The notes beneath the pieces are model-generated. The model was given only the letters and a program-made list of their open reading frames with translations. It was not told where the DNA came from and made no database searches. The position numbers were made by a program, and so were the translations under genes. Source: Podarcis muralis (taxonomy: Eukaryota). From it: 64,000 nucleotides of DNA. Location of the stretch: NCBI RefSeq assembly GCF_964188315.1, contig NC_135664.1:34658001-34722000 (forward strand). The letters run 5' to 3'. Every line of letters begins with the position of its first letter. The stretch's first letter is position 1. Below are positions 47,301 through 58,707 of this stretch, one piece after another.

Positions 47301-50300
47301 AGCCAGGTGTTCATTCCGGGGGTCCATTCTTAACCTGAAACTGTTCTTAACCTGAAGCACCACTTTAGCTAATGGGGCCTCCCGCTGCCGCTGCACGATT
47401 TCTGTTCTCATCCTGAAGCAAAGTTCTTAACCCGAGGTTCTATTTCTGGGTTAGTGGAGTCTGTAACCCGAGGTACCACTGTATAGGGTCTGTAACCTGA
47501 GGTACCACTGTATAGGGGCAAATGATCTTTAAGGGAACTTGGCCCAAAGCTGTTCAGGATTTAACTTTATATGTTAGTAACAAGATCTTGAAAATAGCCG
47601 AGTAGTTATCAGCTGCCACTACTGTTCTAGGGACTAGGCAGGTATCCTGGTTCTAGACAGTTTAGGGCTTTTGAAATTCTGTATCTTTTAGGCATTTCAA
47701 AACAGGTAATATCTGTTTATAAACATCTGTTACTTTGAAGCAAGCCACTTTCAGAACTCGTGTCAGTGGAATAATCTCTAGGTCTAGACCAGGCTTCCTC
47801 AAACCCGGCCCTCCAGATCTTTTTTTAGCCTACAACTCCCATGATCCCTAGCTAGCAGGAGCAGTGGTCAGGGATGATGGGAATTGTAGTCTCAAACCAC
47901 CTGGAGGGCCGAGTTTGAGGAAGCCTGGTCTAGACTGCTTCCTTTACTACATGCTGCCTTTGGAGCAAGTACTCAAGGTGGTTTACAGTTTAGAACAGAG
48001 CATTAAATCTAATAGTTGTGATTCAAAAAGGGGGGGATGGAGAAGGAATAAGAAAATAAGCAGATTCAAATATTAATTCTTGCATAATGTTACATAATAT
48101 TCTAATAACACTGTATAGTTAATACAAGAAGCAGTTGCCAGTTGTTTCAGGCCTTTCAACTGTCCTCCTTAGAGAAACCTGTCTGGTCTCATCACTCTTT
48201 ACATTTTGCTGAGTAGATTGTGCTGAAGAACAGAGTTTTTCCAGGAAGGCTGGCTGAGACCTCCTACAGTTCTTTTTAGTAATTTTTCTGCTGCTTTGTT
48301 TTATTTTTCATTGTTTTATTTTTACTGATGATTGTTTTAAGCCTCTAGTGTTAGGCAATTTGGGATAAGTGGGATGTACATTTTTGAAAGTAAAAACCTT
48401 AATACTATACTTTCATCTTTAAAAGTTAAGCTCTTGAAAATTTAACTCTCATGTAGTTCAGCTCTAGTTAGCAAATCCCGTGGGGGCTTTGGCTGTTAGG
48501 GCTCTCTTCAAGCAATGATAATCATCTGATTATCAGAGCTTCAGAGTGCCTTGTAAAGAGCTTTGTAGGTCCTGCTGATCAGTGGTAAGTACAAATGGTT
48601 TTTGGGTTCAGGTGCAACTCTCCCTGCCTGAACCCAAATGCCGTAAATGAGCATGGCTTAGCTGGTTTTGGCTGATCAAATGGGGAGGCCTGGAGGACCT
48701 CAGTAACCCTGTCCTAAATTAATATGCATAAGTGCTTGAGTTGCTATGATACTGTTGACTAGATAATGCCAAGTTTCAGGATGAAACCAACTTAGACTGC
48801 AATCTATACCTACTTGTCTTGGCATATGCCCCATTGAACTCAACAGGACTTACTTCTGAGGATATTATGTACAGTATAAGATTGTTCTGCTTTAAGTTCT
48901 TGATCCAAATAAATATTTGCATAATGTTTGCAGTTCTGTTGAAATGTGGATGTGGAAACCTAGCCAGATGGGTGGGGCATAATAATAATAATAAATTTAT
49001 AGTCACTCGTGGAAGTTAGCTAATGAAAATGTGATTAAAAATGCATTATATATTTCTTATATCCTGCAGACATGGGATCTAGCTTTAGCTAGAACTGCTA
49101 GAGCATGGGGACAGAAGTGTATTTTTCAACATAACTATTTTATGAAGGAAAAAGGAGCTGGCCATCCTGATCCTAAACTTCATCCAGTGGGAGAAAATAT
49201 ATGGTTTGGACCTGCCCGCAGAGTGCCATTTAATTCTTCTAATGCCATCTATTCATGGTACTCGGATAAAGATTTCTATGATTACCAGGACAATTCGTGT
49301 TCACAAGTATGCAGACATTATAAACAGGTAACTTCTGTTCTCAGTTAAGATAATCTTAAAACATCAAGAAACATTGATCACTTAAGACAGCAAGTACATG
49401 AAGTGACTGTTATAATGGTGCTATATCATACTTTTTTTAAAAAAAAGATATTTATTGGCATTTTCACAAATTTTATAAAACATAAAAATCACAAAAAACA
49501 CAACAAAGAAAAACAAAAATACATAGAAAAAAGCAAAAAAACACATGTATAACTTCATTCCCTTATGTTCATGAAACTTTCTTTCCCGACCTCCTCATAC
49601 CTCTCCTTACTGTATTCCATTCTCTAATTAAGTCTCTTCAACAAATCCTTCCCTTAATTTCTGTTAGATTTTTAAGCTTACTTTTCATATTCACATGAAC
49701 ATTACAGCTAGCAACCCCTTAATTTCAAAATCAACATCGTCTTAACATTCAACAATTTTACAATATTTCTTAAGGTAGTCTTTAAATTTCTTCCAATCTT
49801 CTTCCGCCGTCTCTTTCCCCTGGTCTCGGATTCTGCCGGTCATCTCTGCCAGTTATATCATACTTTTTAAAGTAATCTGAAGGCTATCACATTTAGTTAT
49901 AAATATCCATTTAGTTATAAATGACATTGGATATTGAATTTATAACTAATGTCATGATGTCAGGATCCCAATACCTCAGGGATCACCTCTCCCCATATGA
50001 ATCAACCAGGACCCTGTGATCATCATCTGAAGCTCTTCTTCATGTGCCTCCTCCGCAAGAGGTCTGGAGGGTGGCATCATATGATCAGGCCTTTTCTGCA
50101 TTGGCTCCCCATTTATGGAAAGTTCTTTCCAGGGAAGCTCGGCTGGCACCTTCTTTGCATATCTTTAGGCACCAGGCAAAAATGTTTCTCTATAACCAGG
50201 CCTTCAGCTGATTAATATTCTATGGCCTTTCAAATGTGTTTGTGGGAGTTGGGGTTTGTTCTGGTTTTGGTTTTATGGTGTATTTTGTGTTCTCATTTTG

Positions 50301-53300
50301 TATTTTTATCTTGTGAACCACCCTATTATCTTCGGATGAAGGGCAGTACACAAATTTAAATCATCAACATCATCATCCAAAGAAGCACTACCTGATGAGA
50401 AGAGGTAGAATGGGACTTTCCCATCCCCTTTGCACCTAAGCCACCTGAAAAACCTCTACCGAAGTGGGTCAAGAAATCCTACTGAATGGAGTGGACTGTG
50501 GCACAGGGGAAGAGGAGATTACTAAAAATCAGGCACCTTCCAAGAGAGAAATTCTCATTCACAGAATATTTCTCTGCCTGGTTTTCAGCACCTTGTCTAC
50601 TAGAGCCCCTTTCAGTTCCCCATGTCATAGCCCACCCTACTCAGTAGGGTCCCCCAACCCCTCCAAAGAGGCTTTGAGGAAATTGCGGCCTGCTGATGAT
50701 TGTTGCTGGGAGAAAGACTGGTGGAAATCACCTTGTCCTGGCTCTAGTCTGCTTCCAAGTCATAGAATGGTAGAAATTAATGTAGAGATCATTTCTAAAA
50801 TTTCTGAATATATTTTTGTCAACTTCAGTTTTAATGAGATTATATAATTTTAATGAAATTATATAATTTTAATGAGATTATATAAATTGCAAGAATTATA
50901 GCTTTCATCAAAGTATATAAATTGCAAGATGTATAGTTCAGGATGCTGGAAGCTCCTTGAAATATCTGTAAAAACTTGGGATCTTCTCCTTTCCAAGCCC
51001 CATGGGCACCCAAGTTATTTATTTATTTATGAATGAATGAATGAAGCTTTTGTACCACTTTTCTTTTGGAATACACAAAGCAGCATACAATATTAAAACA
51101 AATAATAAAACAACATCAAGTGGCAGCAAAGGACCCTTGCTTACAGGAGATATAGGATAGCTACACGTGGAGTCACTGTGCTGTGCCAGTACCTGCCTTT
51201 GATGCAGCAATGTGGTGGCTCGGATCTGTACCTGATTTGTGTATTGGAAGGATTAGTTTGCTTTAATCACTCAGGCTTTGCACCTGCAAGGCATGAATGA
51301 TGATTGAAGGTTAGCCCTGTATATCATAAAATGCTCTCTCACCCCTTATATACCCAACCAATCACTGCACTCTGCAGGAGAGGGCTTTATGTATATGCCG
51401 TCTCATGAGGAGATCCACTCCATATGATGTAGGAATTGGGCCTTTAGTGTGGTGTCACCTATCCATTGGAACTTCCTTCTGCTGCATATGAGACGTGCCA
51501 TTTCTATTATCTTTTCTGAATCCATGCTGCACAAATATTCAAGGTTTGGTTTGGCCAGCACTCTGTACAAGTTGGATCCACTCTAAAGGTGAATGGTAAT
51601 GTACATTCTTGCAAACAGAACAGAAGAAGCAAAGCTTGGTTTAAGCTTGCTGCTTTCAAGCAATACACATAGGATGGAGAGGAATGCATAATTATGCACC
51701 TGCACCGTTTGCCACTTCTGAGAAGCATATACTTTCATTCGGTCATTAATCAGCCTCCTTCTGAATAAAATGGTCCATCATGTTTTAAATCATCTTATTA
51801 ACATTTAGTACAAGTCAGTTACCTCTGGTCACCTGAGCACCTTGTTTTGATTGGCTCAAGGCACTCCTGAGACCTCCCAGTCAGGCAGAAACCTGTTCTC
51901 TCTGCTGTAACTCAGTACCTGTGCCTATTGGCATGCCATATCTATTCTGTCTTGCTTCATCTTCAGTCTTAATCCTTTGTCTCTCAGGAACCCTCTCTCT
52001 TAAGGAAACCTAGCCTTTAAAATACCATTTCATTCAGTCTTCCCTATGGAGGCTGCTCCACAATCCTTGGCACCCAAACTTCTCCCTGAAAACAGAAATG
52101 TCTAGTTGTAACTATTTTCTGCCTTGTATCCTTTTCACTGTACCCTTTCATCTTATCTGTGTTTTGTTGTTTTATTTGTCGTGGTTACTGCCTCTTGAGG
52201 TGGGGTGAATAATCTTTTTCAGCCTAAGGCCCACATTCTGGATGCTACATACTACACACCGGTGCTGGGTGGGACCAGAGGCAAAAATGGGCAGAGCAAA
52301 GGCTATGAATTTTACCTTCATACCATAAACCACATTCCAGCCACACAAACGCCTGAGTTTTGTGCACTCCCATATCTCCGCCCTCAGTCGTGGCAAGCAA
52401 GAGACATTATCAAAGTTCACAAACACATTTCAGCCTGGCAAAAGCACTAGAGGAGGGAGTGGAGCAGGGTTTAGTGGTGTGGCCTAGGGAGAGGGGATGT
52501 GGCATATGGAGGGCCCTCCTGTAAATCTTGATATCCTTCTGTCTTTGTATGGTCCAGACCCAGCTTTTTGTTTTGTTTTTAGTTTTGCCCAAAGCTGTTG
52601 AGCTTTTTTTGTAAGATCTAGAAGAGGAAGTAGTTTCTGAGCTATTTTTAAGGAAATTCGCCAAAATCTACACTTCCAACATGTGTTGCCATATGTCCGG
52701 ATTTTCCCAAACATTAAAGCGATTTCCACCCAGACACTGTTTCCGATGGCTGAATCCCGGCAATGTCCGGTAAATTCTGAACGTATGACAACCCTTGTCT
52801 GTATAATAGAAGTATAATCTGTTGGTCAAGGGAATGTGGATTTAGATGCCCCGTGTATAATCTTGTGATAACTAACAATATTTTTCATGGGTGTAGCCAG
52901 GATTTTTGGTTTTTTTTGGGGGGGGGCAGAACTGACATGATTGGTCAGTTAGTTAAGTATTTCTATTGTTTTACTTGAAGGGGGGAGCAGCTGTCCACCC
53001 CCACTCACCTTGGCTAGGCTCATTCTTTAAGCCTCATCTTTTTATCCTGCAATTTTTGTTCAAGCCACAACACAGTATTACTTATTGACTGCAATTTTGG
53101 CAGTGTAAATAAATAAATATTACTCTGTATTAACCCAAATTGGGAATTGGCTGTCTTTGCTAATTCCACCAAATAATTGAGTGGAAATACCATGTAGCAG
53201 CCTCTGTGGCAGGTAACAATCCCTAGATTGAAGATCATCAATAATACATACACCTGTGTAGGCAGATCCCGTATGTAACTTTTAGGGGACACAGATAGGC

Positions 53301-56300
53301 TGATAAGGTTCAGCTGGTGAAGGCTGATCCACTGCAGGATGTTGCTGTAGCCTAAGAGAAGTTCCTTTCCACCAGCGAAGGCACTTCTGCCACATCCTGA
53401 CCCCAAAGACGAAAACCATTCACAGTTCTTTGTTCTGAAAACTGGAGGATTTGTACTAAATCTCTAAAGCCTAAATGCCTGGACTTGGTAACTATTAACA
53501 CAAATTGTACCTTTCTTTGTAAAATAAAATCTGCTCTCCCCCCCCCACCCCAGGTTGTTCGGGCTTCTACTTATAAGGTTGGCTGTGCTGTTGTTTTCTG
53601 TCGTAGACTTGATCGACATAGAAATACTGAATATTTCGTTTGCAATTATGGTCCGACGTAAGTTAACAAATGTTTAAGAGAATAAGAGATAAACCCAGCC
53701 AGTGACCTAAGAAGTGTAGGATTTTAGGTGATTTTTTCATTGACCGTGCACAAAGTGGCTGTGTAACTTTTCTAAGGCTTTGGTATTTTATTTAGCTTAA
53801 GTACTGTAAATATTTAAGGAGGGAGTCCTATGAATAGATAGCTGAGTATAAGTTTTATTGGACCCAATAGGGCTCACTTCTTCATAGACATGTATAGGAT
53901 TTGGCTGTAAGTGTCCAATTTTTTTTCATAAAGGAGTGCTGGTAGATATTAAGCAAATAAGTGTTTCTGAAGTACATAGAATTAAATGTACATGTTATTT
54001 GTCTTGCACTTAATTCAAATTTAATTTTAAATCGGTGATGGCTTCTTAAAAGACTCGCACTGCAAAAAAGAAGTAGAAGAAGAGGCTCAGAAGTTCACAT
54101 TGCAGACCCCTCACATAAGCAATTACTCATAGGGGTTGAAGTTCATGTAGTCATTACTGAACTGATCAAGGTTGCAGTGCAGTGGTTGGCCTCTTTGCTG
54201 TAACTTTAAAGGTCACATTTGGCAGTCCTAAATATTCTCTTCACAGATTTATTAATTGTGTATATATCACAGTCTATATCTAATCCACAGCATAGGACTG
54301 TTCAACTATTCTAACTCAGGAAAATCCATTTATAACCTAATATTTTTTAGTTGATGCCTCAACGCATAGGCAGTTTATTTGTTACAACTAAATAATTAAC
54401 CGTATTTTTCGCTCTATAAGACGCACCAGACCACAATACGCACCTAGTTTTTGGAGGAGGAAAACGAGAAAAAAAATATTCTGAATCTCAGAAGCCAGAA
54501 CAGCAAGAGGGATTGCTACGCAGTGAAAGCAGCAATCCCTCTTGCTGTTCTGGCTTCTGGGATAGCTGTGCAGCCTGCATTTGCTCCATAAGACGCACAC
54601 ACATTTCCCCTTACTTTTTAGGAGGGAAAAAGTCTTATAGAGCAAAAAATACGGTATATTCAGAATAGCTTGCCCTTTAGTCTTCAGTTTAGCTTGTGAA
54701 TTGAGTACCTTATTACATTCTGGAAATTATGCTCCTTAGTGACACCTACCCTTCAAGACCTTACAAAACAGGACAGCCCTGTAGTGCATGCCCAGAAGGA
54801 GACACTTGTCAAGACCATCTCTGTAGTAAGTACAGATCTGAGTAAAATGAACATTCATGAAAGGCTTTCTCACGCACATATGTATATATTTCTATTAACT
54901 TTAAAGCAATACGAGCTTCTCTTGTGTGTATATATGTATGTATATGCATGTGTCTATGTGTGTGTATGCACACACACATATATTTCTGTTAAGTTCAAGT
55001 CATGGAACTTAGAGCAAGGCAGGTTTGGTTGTCAAAGCAAACAATCTGCAAGACCTGGAAGGAAACCCGATCTTTTAAATACATTGTAGTAAATGGCTGC
55101 AGTTTCACAACACTGTGAAAAAGTAAAGTGCTGCACTATTCCAATGGGAAGAAAGCCTGCCTCCCAATCTAATACTGTATGTCTTAGATTCTGCTAGGAA
55201 GAACTCAAAGGGGGGGGGATTCCCACTCCCTTTCCCCAAAAAATCCATGTATTTTTACACCTCATATCATAATGATAGAATTGTGCTACACAATTGTACA
55301 AAATCCAGCTTCAAGGTTCCAGCAATTTTACATCCTTGTCTACAGTAGTGTGACAATGGTGTCAGACAATGCAGTCACAGGCATTGCACTACCACAGATT
55401 TGCTTACACAACTCATAATCTATGGAGATGCTTTCAGGCTGTATCCTGACTTCTTTGTTAACTCGTGCCTAATTAAAGTTCAAGAGTTTGGAGATGAGTT
55501 GATTTTTACCAAATACCATATTTTTCGCCCTATAGGGCGCACCGGCCCATAGGGCGCACTTTTTTTGGGGGGGGGGGGGAGAAAGAACCCCCCCCCCGAG
55601 CCCCAAAGAGCAAAGAAGCCATGACAGCAAGCGGGACCTCGCCATCGCTTGCGGGGCTGGGGGCGGGGGAAGCCCAAGCTTCCCCCGACCACAGCCCCCA
55701 GAACGGGTCCGGGAGTGAAGGCAAGGTTGCACGCAACCTCGCCATTGCTCCCGGAGCTTGCCAGGCTGGGGGGATAGCTTCCTGAAGCCTGGAGAGCGAG
55801 AGGGGTTGGTGCGCACCGACCCCTCTCGCTCTCCAGGCTTCAGCGAAAGCCTGCATTCGCCCCATAGGACGCACACACATTTCCCCTTCATTTTTGGAGG
55901 GGGAAAAGTGCGTCCTATAGGGCGAAAAATACGGTAAATGATTGTGTCATACACTGATGATTGCACATTCTGGATGCTGAAATTCTGTAGAAATGCTATG
56001 AGTTACCTGCCGCGCTCTGACTGAAAACAAGTAAAACCCATTGATAATATATTAATATTGTGAAACAGGTTTCTCCACTAGTTATAATGCTACTTTTCTC
56101 CTTGTGCAGGAAATTCAAGTCGTGACAAAATATACATCAAGCGTATGTATTACAATTAAATTATATAGCTCAAGTTTACATTTAAAATGACATTCTTGCC
56201 TAGTAAAAATATGTTTGTTTGTTTTAAATAGGCTATTCACGATGGTATCCTCCATGGGAACACAACCTTATATGTGATGACTCCTGTATTGTACTTGCAG

Positions 56301-56395
56301 TTTTAAGGCCATCACTAACACTTCTAGCATTTGTTACTGTTTACTGTTTACAGAAATGTTATCCAGATTTAATGCTGCAAACAGAAACTGTATGA
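44358..56395 (+). CDS. GLIPR1L2: GLIPR1-like protein 2, copy 4 (most similar to mammalian GLIPR1L2), 276 aa
   Basis: Exons 44358-44543, 49070-49327, 53554-53657, 54740-54825, 56110-56142 and 56232-56395. [22 protein letters not shown]...GENIWFGP...AIYSW parallels remembered human GLIPR1L2 ([22 protein letters not shown]...GENMWVGP...AIRSW); [15 protein letters not shown] parallels YRFWYPKWE..CDPLC. AATAAA at 56509. Confidence 0.88.
44960..45470 (+). mobile_element. RTE-clade LINE 3' fragment (decayed)
   Basis: ..[55 protein letters not shown] followed by a CPSC zinc-knuckle-like remnant. Confidence 0.8.
46773..47310 (-). mobile_element. CR1 LINE 3' RT fragment
   Basis: [83 protein letters not shown]. 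Confidence 0.95.
47313..47510. mobile_element. Tigger-type MITE, left end lost, right TIR duplicated
   Basis: Family of 10013-10238; ..GTAACC(C/T)GAGGTACCACTG-TATAGGG occurs twice. Confidence 0.75.
47790..47927. mobile_element. hAT-Charlie MITE
   Basis: TIR CAGGCTTCCTCAAAC and 8-bp TSD GTCTAGAC (NTCTAGAN Charlie preference). Confidence 0.9.
49437..49853 (-). mobile_element. 5'-truncated L1 3' end with TSD
   Basis: Minus-strand [36 protein letters not shown], 3' UTR with AATAAA and poly(A). 15-bp TSD TATATCATACTTTTT at 49422-49436 and 49854-49868. Confidence 0.85.
50040..50350 (+). mobile_element. L2-type LINE 3' fragment
   Basis: ..AGGCCTTTTCTG..GCTCCCC..TGGAA..CC..GAAG..GCTGGCACC..CCAGGCCTT..TGTGAACCACCCT..GGGCAGTACACAAAT pattern; decayed. 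Confidence 0.5.
50826..50886. repeat. 19-bp minisatellite x3
   Basis: TTTTAATGA(G/A)ATTATATAA repeated three times. Confidence 0.8.
52889..53020. mobile_element. Short PIF/Harbinger-like MITE (second copy ~59970-60100)
   Basis: GGGTGTAGCCAGGATTT..GGGGGGC..TGACATGATTGGTCAGTTA..GCAGCTGTCC..GCTA is shared by both sites. Confidence 0.5.
54400..54654. mobile_element. Tc1/mariner-type MITE (CCGTA-TIR family)
   Basis: CCGTATTTTTCGCTCTATAAGAC...GTCTTATAGAGCAAAAAATACGG-TA. Confidence 0.8.
55516..55934. mobile_element. Tc1/mariner-type MITE (CCGTA-TIR family)
   Basis: TA-CCATATTTTTCGCCCTATAGGGCGCA...TGCGTCCTATAGGGCGAAAAATACGG-TA. Confidence 0.8.
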
Positions 56396-58550
56396 CATGC
56401 ATATAACACAAAACATTATCCTTAATATCTAAGACTCAAATGTACATGGATGTTTATGTTTTTAAAAATAGATTTGGTTAATTACATTGTTTTATATATT
56501 TTCAATTTAATAAAATTATTAAAAAGTTTATTGTTTCATTTTAATGACTTGGGGATATTTTTAAAAGCAGAAAAATGAATACTAATATTGTGTGTGTGTG
56601 TCAGTGTGCAATATTATGGGTTTTACTGATCCGTAGAAACCTGTCTCTGGAATTGCCATTCTTTTATTGCTCACTTTTTCTGGAGCAGTCCAGTTCTTTT
56701 CATGTTATCCTCCGAAGTTTTTTGCAGGCTTTTTTCTTCATGTAATTGTAACAGCAGTATGTCTGTTTTGGCACACAAAACACTACAAGGGTTTTTCTGA
56801 AGACTTGTGCCTTTAAATTAAGCACTTCTTTACAAATTCAGCCCACTTTATTGCTACGTTTTGTTTCTAGCTGGGATATTAAGTATAGGCTACCTGTTGA
56901 TTACCCTGTGGATCAACTCACATTGTTTTCAACATAAATGAAAAGAGGAACTTGGTAACTAATCCTCACTTCATCAACCTTGGCTGGAGTACATTTTGGT
57001 TCCCAAACACCGCAAACCTAGAAGTGATTGTTCCGGTTTACAAACTTTTTTTGGAACCCAAACGTCCAATGGGGCTTCCATGGCTTCTGATTGGCTGCAG
57101 GAGCTTCCTGCAGCCAATCAGAAGCCACCATTTGGTTTGCGAACGTTTTGGAAGTTGAACGGACTTCCGGAACGGATTCCGTTTAACTTCCAAGGTATGA
57201 CTGTAGAGGATTCCTACACATGCACAGAAGTGTACCAGAAACTCCTACTGGGCAATTCAAAGTGGATATTCAAAGGGTAATTAACAGGCTATTCATCTGC
57301 AGGGATGAACAGGAAACAATAAAACTAGCTACATTTTTAAACCATATACTTTAAATTGAAGTTACCACAGATCTTTGCTTAATAGGATTCTACTTGTAAG
57401 TAAATACCATAAGAAAAACTTGTCTATGGAAGAGTGCATTGCGTTAATTAGTGTACTGTTTTAATTCCATTTCCAGTTAATTGTGATAAAGCAATACCTT
57501 AGACTCAAAGTGTGGAAGCAACCCAGGGCTTGAACAGTAAAATCTGCAGGGTTAATCAAGTGAGCCCCTGCACGTGCAGAAAACTCTTCAGGGGCAGAAA
57601 GAAACAAAAATGTACACCTTCAACCCCTGCAACTGACAGGTAGTAGGAAGACTGCAGAGTAGCCAGGCCTGGTATACATGTGTTTCCCTAGCCTGCTGAG
57701 CAGTGTCTCCAGCTTACTGTACTTCGTATGCTGGTTCAAGGCGCTGAACTCAGGAGCCTTCAGCTGAGGAACACACATCAGATACGGGAACAGCTCCTCC
57801 TAGTCCTTACACAATGGCCAGTGCAAGCCCACACTGAATAAATATAGTTACCATGGGACAAAAATGTCTATAATTGGGGTAGAGTCTAAACCGGGTTGCA
57901 TGCACTCCTAGTACTGCCAAGATGACTGGCGAGCTTTTTCACAACTCAGCCATTGTGTTCATCTTATTTGACTATTACAATGCTGAGCTGGGGAATATCA
58001 GTGGATTTGTGACCTCACAAATGTGAGGCCTTGGTCACAGCCTTCGATAAGCCAGCAGTAACTTCTTTGGGGTGGGGGGAGGGAGATATAGTCTCACTCC
58101 ATTGGCGTCTTAAGTCTGAGTCCTCTTTAGAACTAGGCCAAATGTTCTTCTAAATAAGTCACGTTTCTCTTTCTGTCTGGCAGGAGTGCTGGCCAAACAG
58201 CTTCCCCATCCTGTAGAAGGGCCTGAATATGGGAAAGTGCTTCTTCAAAGGAAGAATCTAATGTAGGATTTAAACAATATTTTACTTGTGTATTCTTCTA
58301 TGGGCAGAATCCACTTCATATTTTGTTTGGAGGAAGTCCTATTCAAATGAGTGAGATCTATATAGCCAGAGTGCTTTAGGGCCAGTTCACACAAGAATGG
58401 TTCTAAATTCAGCCCACAATCTTAAAAACCAAATAACCAATTCAGTGTTTCTCCTTTAAGTTCTACAATTCCCAAAACATTGCATGTGGGCATTTGGAGC
58501 TCCAACAGGGTTTAAGAAAGTTAAAGGTGGCTTGACAAACCACCACTGTC

Positions 58551-58707
58551 TTGCTCAGTTGGTAGAGCATGATACTACTACGACTACTACTGCTACTACT
58601 GCTACTATTCCTGTTAATCTCAGGGTTGTGGGTTCAAATCCCATGTTGAGCAAAAGATTCCTGCATTGCAGGCGGTTGGACTAGATTACAAATTCTATGA
58701 TTCTATG
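58551..58707 (+). mobile_element. tRNA-headed SINE with CR1-like tail and a (CTA)n expansion in the head
   Basis: GCTCAGTTGGTAGAGC (A box), (CTA)n, GGTTCAAATCCC (B box), ATTCCTGCATTGCAGG..TTGGACTAGAT..ATTCTATGATTCTATG. Confidence 0.7.

Noticed and set aside
53385-53425. HPDPK-coding stretch resembling exon 2 of the GLIPR1L copies
   Set aside because: Similarity is limited to about 15 nt and the flanks do not align; chance.
57640-57815. Minus-strand 59-codon open frame EELFPYLMCVPQLKAPEFSALNQHTKYSKLETLLSR...
   Set aside because: Protein-like by eye, but I recognise no homologue, and the candidate splice-bounded exon has stops in all frames.
58551-58640. tRNA gene (also 37236-37300)
   Set aside because: A/B boxes are present, but there is no cloverleaf and SINE body or tail sequence follows; these are SINE heads.
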